From positions 9,077 to 73,076 of the forward strand of contig NMRA01000182.1 in the NCBI GenBank assembly GCA_002633005.1: a stretch of 64,000 nt of DNA, read 5' to 3'. Both the position numbers and the translations under genes were made by a program. Source of the stretch: Phoronis australis. Lineage: Eukaryota; Animalia; Phoronida. How positions within the stretch are numbered: position 1 is the stretch's first letter; each line of letters opens with the position of its first letter. Positions 52,701-64,000 of this stretch are shown here, piece after piece. The notes below the pieces were generated by a model that did no database searches, had not been told where the DNA came from, and worked only from the letters and a program-made list of their open reading frames with translations.

Positions 52701-55700
52701 ATTGGCCATTGCCTAGCTACAAGCAGTTCATTGGGTCAGATATCTTCAAGAACATAAGAGATCTTTTAGCCCTTTGGCTTTATAATAGCTATCCAATTCA
52801 AGGAATGTTAATGCTTCTTTCAGTTGAGTCTCGGGAAATGCGAGAAGCATTGAAGAAAGCTCAGGAAGACCTGGCAGCATTAAAAGCAGAGCGAGAACTG
52901 ATGATCACGTCACATCAGAACAGGATAGAGCAGTTACGAGAGAGCTTTAAGAACAAAATGTATGAAGCTGAAAAGTGGCCAGAGAAGGTATTGCTTGTTA
53001 AGGCTCATATCGTGTAAAGTTGGAAAAGCCCACAATGCAATTATGTGTGACAATAAACAGCAATCCTCAGTTCAGCCTTGTTTGAGATTGGAAACAACAA
53101 ATTTGGCAGAGGGTTGCAGAGTTTTAGTGTTAATGTTTGTGTGATGTTGAGGACGTCTTGAAGAGTAAAATATTGTATTATTAAGCGTTAAGTTTTTGAT
53201 AACTGAGATAATCTAAGATCACCCTCATAATAAACGACACATTTCTTTCACTAGCAATCTGAACCTTTAAAAAGTCTTGCAGAGCTGTATGTATAATACA
53301 AAGATGAATTTTAAATTTAGATGAAATAATTATCCTGAATTCTGAACTAGGTTTTGGTTTTTCAGTATTTTGTTGTGGCTGTTGAGAAACTGCAGCTATT
53401 GATCATCTACCATTGTTTTTAATGACAACATAGTTAAAGGGGTGTGAATCCCTGTGTGCTACAGTTGTTTTGAGTTTGGCATCTCAGTGGACTATTGCTG
53501 TAATCATTTTTTTTATTTCATCTTGGGTCTTTTTTCAGCTTGAGGAAGCTTTGTCTAAAGAGAGGCAGAAGCATGTCACAGAAATGAAAGTTTTGGAAGA
53601 AAAACTAAAAGAGAACTTCGTTATGGTACCTGTTCAGTTATTCTTTCTTTTTCTTTGTCTTGAGTAAATGGAGTCAATGAAGATAAAACTGTAAAAGGTC
53701 AAGGTCAAGAATGAAAACAGATCAAAACTAACTATCTTTAGTGTCAACTTTCAGCAGTATTGCCTTCGTGATCTTTTCTTAAGTCACATAATTGCACCAC
53801 GATTTCTTTGAATGAAAGCCTCATACGACGCTGACTTCTACTGCATCATGGAAACAATATCATTCTGTATTTTTTTGTTTCAATGAATTACTAATGATTT
53901 TTAGTTTTTACGTCTGCTTCTTATGTGTTGTCGTGGACTTGATTTATTTTGGTTTTAAAGTTGAGTGGCTGCTAACTTTGCATCTATGAGTGCTAACTTT
54001 GCATCATGTGGCTTTGAAAAACGCAATCGAGCACCGTTGACGTTCCATCTGCTCATAGTCAATATGGTAAAAATGGTCAAACTCAAGCTTGTTCTATCTG
54101 TGGGGCTACATTTTTTCAAGAGTATATTGATTTTTGTTTTTGCACATCTGTCAGTCATTTTAGAGCCATCGTGACTCGTTTTTTTCTCCAAATGACTAGT
54201 CATACACGACTTTTTAGCTCAAAGGGTTTTTTTTGGAGCATCTAATATGTACACACTCTGATTAGTCAAATTCGACAGTCGATTACAATGTTATGCATGA
54301 AAAAATTGAATGTGTGCACTGGGCGTTTAATTGTGCACAATGAGACCATTTCTTTTGTTCATTACAGCATCAACTGATCATATGATATCAGGTCTTGCCT
54401 AAGCTTGATAATTTGATTAGAACACATAAGCTTATGGTCAGTAACTGGTGTTAGTGCTGATTCTGAAATGATTAGTGTTAATAATTTATTATTGTCTTTG
54501 TCAACTTAACAGGAACTACAAATTGAGAAGCAGAAACACCAAGAGCTATTGAACAAGTACAAGAATGAGGCCAGAGAAACAGAGGCCAAGGTGGGTAATA
54601 GTCATGTTTTGAAGGGCTCTCAGTAACAGAGACCAAGGTGGGTAATATTGATCTGTTAAAGGGGTCTCAGTAACAGATGCCAAGGTGGGTAATGTGATCT
54701 TTTGAAGGGCTCTCAGTATTAGAGGTTGGTGTGGGTAATAATAAACTTTTAAAGGGGTCTCGGTAACAGAGGCCAAGGTGGGTAACAGTCATCTTTTGAA
54801 GGGGTCTTAGTAACAGAGGCCAAGGTGAGTAATAGTGACATTTTGGAAAGGCTCTCAAAAACCGTGCATTCCCAAGGTGAAGTGTTGTAGAAAGCATGAC
54901 AAAATCTCATTGATAGAAGTGGTCAAGTTTCTGAATCATTAAAGTTTTGGTAGAAGTTGTGAACAAAAGTAGAGGAAAATATGTCAAAACTTTTACAGTG
55001 TTTTTAAAGCTAACATATTGAAGACATTGAGAGTGAGTGACTAATGGATATAATGGTTTGTTGTTCCAACACAAATTCAAGAAATCATTTTGGCTACAAA
55101 ATTCTGAGAGAACTTTGTCAAATATTTCTGCTTTGAATTTTTTGAAAACTTTCAAGAATGAACTAGGCGAAGTAATTATTTGGATAATTTTTAACTTTCA
55201 CTAACTGTACTGCGTATTGTGTTTTTTTCCACAAGGCAGCAATGTTTTCATTTGCTAGTTGTCTGCGTATTTTTTTACACTCGTCAGCCAAGAGAAGTCA
55301 AAGTTCTTCACTAAATTTTACAACTGTCTACTTAAAGGACTACTTGTATTTTTTGTTATCTTTATGATTTTTAAATCCTCTTTTCTGAGGCAATTTTAAA
55401 GCTTTCCTTAGTAATTCTTGATGTATTGACTATCCAGATGGTTCTTGCAATGTTTTAGCAATACAGGAAATTAAAAGATGATTTAAACTCCTAAACACTT
55501 TCATGTCCAGTGATACATGTATCATTGTAGGAAAACAGCATAGAATGGCTGATAGCAGTAGTTTTGAATATTTAATAGTACGCGTGGTACAAGTTTGTGT
55601 CTGCCATGGGTGTCAGAGTATATAAAATAGAACAATGTAATTGATGTTTGTGGGTGTTGTTCATACCTGTTCAAATTAACTGAGGACCCTCCTGGTGCTG

Positions 55701-58700
55701 TACATGAAAGTCATCCAATAAGCCTTTCCTTTCATTACATTTGGTAATTTGTGACCTCAGTGTGGTCAGAGTGATGCTTTTAGCATATTCTATGAATTAA
55801 ATTTACATGTATTACCATTCAAGGCTGGCTTTATTATAATGAGTAGTTGAAAATAGCACAACATTGATTCACTTGACATTTTAGCTCAGAGAACAGATTA
55901 CTGGCTCGAGCGGGCGACTGAAGGGTGAGATAGAGGATTTGAAACAGCAGTTGAGGGAGGCAAGGGTAAAGGCACAGGAGACGGAGGAGGTGTTGAGAGA
56001 AGAGATACAAAGCTTAAAGGCAATCATCAGAGACTTGGAGGACAGGCTAGGTATGACTAGCACATGATTGACTAGCACATGATTGGCAGGTTAGACAAGG
56101 TAGACATTTGATTGACAGGCTAAATAACACTGTCTAGTACTTTTTCCTTTCTATTGACTTGTCTGCGGAAAGTACATTTTGTAAACTGCTTTGTGCTATT
56201 TTCAATTTCATTTAATAAAAATAATAAAAACTCTTTTTATTGAAAATGATTTCAATTAGTTATTATAAGGAAAAACATATTAATTATTATGTAATAAAAT
56301 ATGATACTTTGACAGCTTATTAGACACTTGAATAATTGGACTTTTACACAATTGCAGGCCGATTGGATGTTGGCAATGAAGAAAAGGTGGTCAGTCTTAA
56401 AGGAGAATTGAAAGCCAAGTCACTTGAGTTAGCCGAGTCACACACAGAGAACAGAAAGCTGGAGGAACAGATTAATTCACTGAAAGAGGAGGTGGGAACT
56501 GCAGATGTTGTGTCCTTGATTTTTATTGTAAAAAAGCTTAGTGGTCACTGTGGCATTAGAGAAGGGTAGGCCTACAAAATGTACGCTTCTAGAAGACCCT
56601 CTCCCCGACCATTGCTGCTTTTTCTCTCCCAACTTTTGAAAATGTCAATAAATTATAATATGGATAACCCTTTATTGATCCAGGTCTGATATTTTTCGAA
56701 AAATGAAGTGGCATTGTGACATTGTTGCCATTTTTTGCTCTCGCATAGAAACTACTCAAAACTGGATAAGTATAGAGTACCTTGGTTTTTTTAAAAGATG
56801 AACGTTCGTCCTACATGTTGGAAATTTCTGACAATCTATTTTAAACAGTCCTCTCAAAGGTGAAAACCTTGGAACATGAGCATCGGCTTGGACAACTTTA
56901 GTACTGAAACCACTCATCTTATCTATCTTGCTTTTTTTACTTATTTTTTTCTTAAAACCATGTTCTTTCATTGTGGGGTAAAAGATCATACATTATACTC
57001 TAAATTATCAAGAATTTCCCACTGAAACATACTGTTCATTTGTGCAATTTCTTGAAAATAAGGAGCTAAAACAGAAGATAAGCTGTGCTTTCTTTGATTA
57101 CATAGTTAACATTATATTATATTGATCTCTGTCATGGCATTCAGGCGCCCACTCTATCTACAAAACGGTTTGGTTTATTGAAGGATCTTTGTAATGTAGA
57201 ATTATATTTTTGAGTGGGCATATACCTCTCACCCTATCTGACCGGTGCTGCCATCACTGGTGGCACTTTCATTTTTCTGTCCATTTTTGGCAGTTGTCTT
57301 GGTATTTATCAAATCCTTTCAAGGATGCTATAAAATTTGGAAGCTGTGCTTTAGAGTGACAAATTCTGGCAATTTCATTTTTGTGATAACCTTTATTGTA
57401 TGACACCATATGCAACATTTTGTGAATTTTTGACAGACATATCTTTGTTGATATAAAAATTGACTCTTAACATTTTCCCACTAAAGCCGACGGACGTTGC
57501 CCCCTCTATTTAAAATTTGATACATCAGCCTCTCTATGTATTAATTAATGCTTCTTAGATTTTCTCAAAACTTACATACATGTCAGCCTATATGAAATGT
57601 CCGTATTTTGTACAGATTTGATTCAATAAATGAACATAGTTTACGGGTGTGCTAATAAAATTATACATATTCTTTTAAAAATAATGAAACTCTGCAGCTG
57701 CACCTTGCAAAAAATCTGATTACAACTCATAGCAGTTATCTATTGACTAAAAGCCTCAAATCATGGATGTACATGTGGTGTATGATGAATGTAATCAGTT
57801 CACATGTTGTTTAATGCAGCCGTGCTACTCACTAGTTTGTATGTGCATGTCTTTTATTTCACTGAATTAATATAATGTCACGTTGCAATCCAGTTTAGAG
57901 AACTTATGGATTTTTCCTTTAAATACGGATGTTTACAGAAGACAATGCAGATGGGGCCTGAGGGGGTCGACATGATGAACTTAGTGTTTGCTCATAACGT
58001 ATTTAAGTACTGCATGACATCTGTCAATCACCGAATGACTTGTAACAGTAAGCCTGACCCCTTTTTGTCCCAAGCTCTATTACAGACTATTGTAGACAAA
58101 CCTTTTATCCACACACTTTTAGTTTGTGGAACCAGCTCCTCCAATAGCTTATTGTATGGGCCGCATTTGGAGAACCAATTTTCTCCACTATATCAGGCAT
58201 CAAACTGGTTCTCAAAATCCTTGACCCCTGTTGGGGACCAGTTACCATTAGTCTCTTTGGCAGTAGTCTGATATAACGTGCCCATATTTTTATAACCAGT
58301 TTGATGCCCGTTATTCGGTGGAGAAACTGGTTTTCAAAATTTGGGCACATTATATCAGACCATTACCGTCTCCCCCTTCCCTTTAATCAACGAGGACCAT
58401 AGTTTGTGACATTTTCAAGTCATGTGACACCTAGACACAGTCATCCATTTATCCATTGTGACCTGTAGGTATATCTCCCTACATCGATGTTTAGTATCGT
58501 GCTGTTGATAGGGTATTTCAATGATTTTTACTAATAGATGTCACTTTTTCCAAAACTTCAAAACCAGAAAATGCATGCTGGTCCGAATCCTTGTAATACA
58601 AGTTCCCTGTTTATTTCAGATTGTTTTCCTTCAAGAGACTGTGAGACGGGAATGTGAGGAGAGATATGAACTGACAGAGGCATTGAGCGAAGCCAAGGAA

Positions 58701-59024
58701 CAGTTGCTGGCTCTAAGGAGGCCAAGTGGGGGGTACTCTCCCGGACCCCAGAAAGGGGGTCAGTTATCAGATTCACTGAGCTCACGAAGTGGCAAGTCTT
58801 CCAGGTCAGAGGAGATGTTGATTTTCAAGAAGAAAGCAGCTAACCTGAGCAGTGGTGCCCCCATACCACACCCACCGTCGTCACCGTTGTCTTCAAAAGA
58901 GGTGGCGCAGAGTATTAATATGATGTATGAGGGAGATACACGTGATGTCAGTCCTGGGAGGTTAAAAGGAGGCTCACTCGCAGATGGGAGGAAACGTATT
59001 GCTAATGCTTTAGGGAAAAGGTAG
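43787..59024 (+). CDS. LEKR1: Leucine-, glutamate- and lysine-rich protein 1 (long coiled coil), 12 coding exons, about 693 aa
   Basis: Exons 43787-44058, 44498-44617, 45403-45578, 47038-47223, 47639-47720, 49101-49312, 50292-50455 (duplicate 52824-52987), 51007-51093 (duplicate 53539-53625), 54513-54590, 55885-56050, 56358-56491, 58620-59024. Phase-consistent, 2082 nt. Diagnostic motifs HIPEHPLPEEIQKM..VCKFCGVSYLI, ERELMITSHQNRIEQLRE, ELQIEKQKHQELL.KYK and FLQETVRRECEERYELTEALSEAKEQLL match vertebrate LEKR1. Confidence 0.92.
49309..49455. repeat. 26-nt minisatellite (aatggtatgagtgttggtcactgctc), about 5 copies, starting at a LEKR1 splice donor
   Basis: The first unit spans the exon 6 donor (AATG|gtatga at 49313). 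Confidence 0.92.
50112..54466. repeat. Direct duplication (about 50112-51936 and 52639-54466) containing LEKR1 exons 7-8 twice; probable haplotype overlap
   Basis: Near-identical copies with scattered SNPs (T/M and N/K substitutions); the first copy ends exactly at the n at 51937. Confidence 0.9.
51938..52488. mobile_element. Truncated Tc1/mariner-pogo-type MITE end
   Basis: CpG-rich; ends gggggcgcttataggggcatgggcggttattacggcgaatccgg-TA with reiterated gggcgcttat subterminal motifs. The other end is lost in the gap. Confidence 0.55.
54578..54882. repeat. ~47-nt minisatellite, 6-7 copies, starting at a LEKR1 splice donor
   Basis: Unit aacagaggccaaggtgggtaatagtcatcttttgaagggctctcagt; GT donor positions at 54591, 54638, 54685, 54731, 54778, 54825 and 54877. 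Confidence 0.9.
58264..58362. mobile_element. Short palindromic MITE-like element (also at about 62518-62616 in the duplicate)
   Basis: tagtctgatataacgtgccca ... tgggcacattatatcagacca inverted termini; an inverted partial copy of its interior lies at about 58155-58220. Confidence 0.55.
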
Positions 59025-59398
59025 CCCCTAAAGTAGGACTGTAGGCGCTACCTTGTGTCAGGATCTGCTGCATTACAGATTCACATGATTTATAAAATTG
59101 AAATGAATGTGTTGATTATAAAATACTGTACCTTTGTGAGTCACTGTTCTCCCTTGTACTATTATAGCCAAAATAATGTCAGTAAGCCTTGCAAAATAGT
59201 TGTATTCCCATGTACTTCAGAATACCAGAAGTTTTTGTGAATCTTTGTAAAGGAATTATTTCCGTTAATCTGTTGTGTTCCCATGTGATTGAAAATCCCA
59301 GCAAATTCTGCAGCCTCTGTTGACAGGCCTTGAAAATGCCCTTGTCTAACATTAGTGATACTGCTAAGATTTGCTTGTTTATTGAATATATATATATA

Positions 59399-59732
59399 CA
59401 GAGGCGGATCTACGGGGGGGTTCAAGGGGTTTAAACCCCCCCTCGGGCCAGGACCCAAAAATTAAAAAAACAAAAAACAAAACAAAAACGTCTCCAGCAA
59501 AACAAAAACGCCGGCACCGCCAGCGTGTGTAAACCCCAAGTAAACCAACCTGGAAAAAATGAGGGGGGGGGTTCACTCTGAAAATATATTTTTTGCATTG
59601 TGAATTGCTGTTATGAAAATCAACGCGTTTCGAGTCTTCGTGGCTCATCGACAAAACCCCGGAGATCAATTGTGCGCGCGCTTCCGACGACACTTCTGAA
59701 GTAGCCAAGCATTTTAGATGGATCCACCGCTG
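59399..59732. mobile_element. hAT-like MITE inserted in a TA run downstream of the LEKR1 stop; absent at the same point in the second copy
   Basis: TIRs CAGAGGCGGATCTA / TGGATCCACCGCTG and a GC-rich subterminal hairpin gggggggttcaaggggtttaaaccccccc. The second copy diverges at the homologous tatata (about 63645). Confidence 0.7.
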
Positions 59733-60015
59733 AAAGAGCAGCTCTATAGCTGATTTCTTTAGATAACTAGCTTCTTTACTCTAAGATATGTTTTGATTTG
59801 ATTAGGGAAATACTGTGGTGCCCCAACCCTGATATTCAGGCGAATTGACGTGCAACGTTTTTACCTCATCTGTCATGCCGTGTCATCGTATTACACCCCA
59901 CACGTTTGAAACTCGAATTTGAGTGGTGTACAGTAAAGTTGTCTTGCGCAATATCATACGGTGTACATGTACATGTAANNNNNNNNNNNNNNNNNNNNNN
60001 NNNNNNNNNNNNNNN

Positions 60016-63000
60016 AATTAACTGAGGACCCTCCTGGTGCTGTACATGAAAGTCATCCAATAAGCCTTTCCTTTCATTACATTTGGTAATTTGTGACCTC
60101 AGTGTGGTCAGAGTGATGCTTTAAGCATATTCTATGAATTAAATTTACATGTATTACCATTCAAGGCTGGCTTTATTATAATGAGTAGTTGAAAATAGCA
60201 CAACATTGATTCACTTGACATTTTAGCTCAGAGAACAGATTACTGGCTCGAGCGGGCGACTGAAGGGTGAGATAGAGGATTTGAAACAGCAGTTGAGGGA
60301 GGCAAGGGTAAAGGCACAGGAGACGGAGGAGGTGCTGAGAGAAGAGATACAAAGCTTAAAGGCAATCATCAGAGACTTGGAAGACAGGCTAGGTATGACT
60401 AGCACATGATTGGCAGGTTAGACAAGGTAGACATTTGATTGACAGGCTAAATAACACTGTCTAGTACTTTTTCCTTTCTATTGACTTGTCTGCGGAAAGT
60501 ACATTGTGTAAACTGCTTTGTGCTATTTTCAATTTCATTTAATAAAAATAATAAAAACTCTTTTTATTGAAATGATTTCAATTAGTTACTATAAGGAAAA
60601 ACACATTAATTAATGTGTAATAAAATATCATACTTTGACAGCTTATTAGACACTTGAATAATTGGACTTTTACGCAATTGCAGGCCGATTGGATGTTGGC
60701 AATGAAGAAAAGGTGGTCAGTCTTAAAGGAGAATTGAAAGCCAAGTCACTTGAGTTAGCCGAGTTACACACAGAGAACAGAAAGCTGGAGGAACAGATTA
60801 ATTCGCTGAAAGAGGAGGTGGGAACTGCAGATGTTGTGTCCTTGTGTCTTGATTTTTATTGTAAAAAAGCTTAGCGGTCACTGTGGCATTAGAGAAGGGT
60901 AGGCCTACAAAATGTACGCTTCTAGAAGACCCTCTCCCCGACCATTGCTGCTTTTTCTCTTCCAACTTTTGAAAATGTCAATAAATTATAATATGGATAA
61001 CCCTTTATTGATCCAGGTCTGATATTTTTCGAAAAATGAAGTGGCATTGCGACATTGTTGCCATTTTTTGCGCTCGCATAGAAACTGCTCAAATCTATTT
61101 TAAACAGTTCTCTCAAAAGTGAAAACTTGGAACATGAGCATCGGCCTGGACAACTTTAGTACTGAAACCACTCATCCTATCTATCTTGCTTTTTTACTTA
61201 TTTTTTTCTTAAAACCATGTTCTTTCATTGTGGGGTAAAAGATCATACATTATACTCTAAATTATCAAGAATTTCCCACTGAAACATACTGTTCATTTGT
61301 GCAATTTCTTGAAAATTAGGAGCTAAAACAGAAGATAAGCTGTGCTTTCTTTGATTACATAGTTAACATATCGTATTGATCTCTGTCTTGGCATTCAGGC
61401 ACCCACTCTATCTACAAAACGGTTTGTTGAAGGATCTTTGTAATGTAGAATTATATTTTTTGAGTGGGCATATACCTCTCACCCTATCTGACCGGTGCTG
61501 CCATCACTGGTGGCACTTTTATTTTTCTGTCCATTTTTGGCAGTTGTCTTGGTATTTATCAAATCCTTTTAAGGATGCTATAAAATTTGGAAGCTGTGCT
61601 TTAGAGTGACAAATTCTGGCAATTTCATTTTTGTGATGACCTTTATTGTATGACACCATATGCAACATTTTGTGAATTTTTGACAGACATATCTTTGTTG
61701 ATATAAAAATTGACTCTTAACATTTTACCACTAAAGTCGACGGACGTTGTCCCCTCTATTTACAATTTGATACATCAGCCTCTCTATGTATTAATTAATG
61801 CTTCTTAGATTTTCTCAAAACTTACATACATGTCAGCCTATATGAAATGTCCGTATTTTGTATGGATTTGATTCAATAAATAAACATAGTTTACGGGTGT
61901 GCTATAAATAAAGTTATACGTATTCTTTTAAAAATAATGAAACTTTGATATACAGCCACACCTTGCAAAAAATCTGGTTACAACTCATAGCATTCATCCA
62001 TTGACAAAAAGCCTCAAATCATGGATGTACATGTGGTGTATTATGAATTTCATCAGTTCACATGTTGTTTAATGCAGCCGTGCTACTCACTAGTTTGTAT
62101 GTGCATGTCTTTTATTTCACTGAATTAATAAAATGTCACGTTCCAATCCAGTTTAGAGAACTTGTGGATTTTTTCTTTAAATACGGTTGTTTACAGAAGA
62201 CGATGCAGATGAGGCCTGAGGGGGTCGACATGACGAACTGTTTGCTCATAACGTATTTAAGTACTGCATGATATCTGTCAATCACCGAATGACTTGTAAC
62301 AGTAAGCCTGACCCCTTTTTTGTCCCATGCTCATTACAGACTATTGTAGACAAACCTTTTATCCACACACTTTTACTTTGTGGAACCAGCTCCTCCAATA
62401 GCTCCTTGTATGGGCCGCATTCGGAGAACCAATTTTCTCCACTATATCAGGCATCAAACTGGTTCTCAAAATCCTTGACCCCTGTTGGGGACCAGTTACC
62501 ATTAGTCTTTTTGGCAGTAGTCTGATATAACGTGCCCATATTTTTATAACCAGTTTGATGCCCGTTATTCAGTGGAGAAACTGGTTTTCAAAATTTGGGC
62601 ACATTATATCAGACCATTACTGTCTCCGCCTTCCCTTTAATCATCGAGGACCATAGTCTGTGACATTTTCAAGTCATGTGACACCTAGACACAGTCATCC
62701 ATTTATCCATTGTGACCTGTATGTATATCTTCCTGCATCGATGTTTAGTACCATGCTGTTGATAGGGTATTTCAATGACTTTTACTAATAGATGTCACTT
62801 TTCAAAACTTTAAAACCAGAAAATGCATGCTGGTACGAATCCTTGTAATACAAGTTCCCTGTTTATTTCAGATTGTTTTCCTTCAAGAGACTGTGAGACG
62901 GGAATGTGAGGAGAGATATGAACTGACAGAAGCATTAAGCGAAGCCAAGGAACAGCTGTTGGCTCTAAGGAGGCCAAGTGGGGGGTACTCTCCCGGACCC

Positions 63001-63646
63001 CAGAAGGGGGGTCAGTTATCAGATTCACTGAGCTCACGAAGTGGCAAGTCTTCCAGGTCAGAGGAGATGATGATTTTCAAGAAGAAAGCAGCTAACCTGA
63101 GCAGTGGTGCCCCCATACCACATCCACCATCGTCACCGTTGTCTTCAAAAGAGGTGGCGCAGAGTATTAATATGATGTATGAGGGAGATACACGGGATGT
63201 CAGTCCCGGGAGGTTAAAAGGAGGCTCACTCGCAGATGGGAGGAAACGTATTGCTAATGCTTTAGGGAAAAGGTAGCCCCTAATGTAGGACTGTAGGCGC
63301 CACCTTGTGTCAGGATCTGCTGTGTTATAGATTCACATGATTTATAAAATTGAAATGAATGTGTTGATTATAAAATCCTGTACCTTTGTGAGTCACTGTA
63401 CTCCCTTGTACCATTGTAGCCAAAATAATGTCAGTAAGCCTTGCACAATAGTTGTATTCCCATGTACTTCAGAATACCAGAAGTTTTTGTGAATCTTTGT
63501 AAAGGAATTATTTCCGTTAATCTGTTGTGTCCCCATGTGATTGAAAATCCCAGCAAATTCTGCAGCCTCTGTTGACAAGCCTTGAAAATGCCCTTGTCTG
63601 ACATTAGTGATGCTGATAAGATTTGCTTGTTTATTGAATATATATA
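60016..63646. repeat. Second copy of about 55675-59398 (LEKR1 exons 10-12 and 3' UTR) immediately after the N gap; probable alternate haplotype
   Basis: Collinear, high identity, with small indels; starts exactly at the end of the gap. Confidence 0.92.
60227..63276 (+). CDS. LEKR1: Duplicate of LEKR1 3' exons (60227-60392, 60684-60817, 62872-63276), intact frame; likely allelic
   Basis: Same splice sites and translation as 55885-59024 apart from a few substitutions (AES/AEL, EEML/EEMM). Confidence 0.75.
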
Positions 63647-64000
63647 TTATAGGCTGCAGTTGTACCATTAGTCAAGAACAGTCTGGCTTGAAATTTCAGT
63701 TGAATTAGGGCTGTTCCAACAAAATCGGTTCGGGAGGTTTAATGGTTGTTGAAACAAAAATTTATGGGTGGTGGTCTTCAGAAGAAAACTCAAATTATGG
63801 GTGGTCGTTCTTGTAAGAAGTAAAGCATTAAAACTGGGTGGTATTTTTTGACCTGTAAATGTTGACAGGTTGGTATTTTCAGCCTAACACATACCTCAAA
63901 AGAAATCAAAACTCACCAAAATTCACTTGGAAGATACCCAAACATATTCCAAAACAAAAACGAGCTGATGTTGCTAGTGTACAGAGTGCAATATGTACAC

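Noticed and set aside
51424-54203. Paired identical ORFs at 51424-51672 and 53955-54203 as a gene family
   Set aside because: Intronic, and repeated only because the segment is duplicated in the assembly.
60016-63646. A second LEKR1 paralogue
   Set aside because: Lacks the 5' exons, begins exactly at an N gap, and diverges at an allele-like level.

Overview
AT-rich, intron-rich genomic DNA from an animal, most likely a marine invertebrate (taxon not determinable here). It is a draft assembly with gaps at 29003, 51937 and 59979-60015. Four protein-coding genes were rebuilt by hand from GT-AG boundaries and reading-frame phase: (1) the last two coding exons of an unidentified + strand gene (421-2174); (2) a complete 26-coding-exon USP48 deubiquitinase on the - strand (4290-37514, about 1101 aa); (3) a two-exon secreted C-type lectin with EPN/WND motifs and a duplicated coiled-coil neck, nested antisense in the ~9.6 kb intron 12 of USP48 (21231-23084); (4) a 12-coding-exon LEKR1 orthologue on the + strand (43787-59024, about 693 aa), head-to-head with USP48. 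Three exon-containing segments occur twice, each pair next to an assembly gap, so they are probably uncollapsed haplotypes. Introns carry MITEs, a Kolobok-like element, a HERO-like retrotransposon fragment, SINE remnants and minisatellites. I found no convincing new multi-gene system. The most unusual observations are the nested lectin, minisatellites that multiply LEKR1 splice donors, nested inverted repeats around the putative bidirectional promoter, a MITE inserted in a USP48 splice donor, and a long Ser/Thr-rich insertion in the USP48 catalytic domain. All homology calls come from recognition of motifs, not from database searches.
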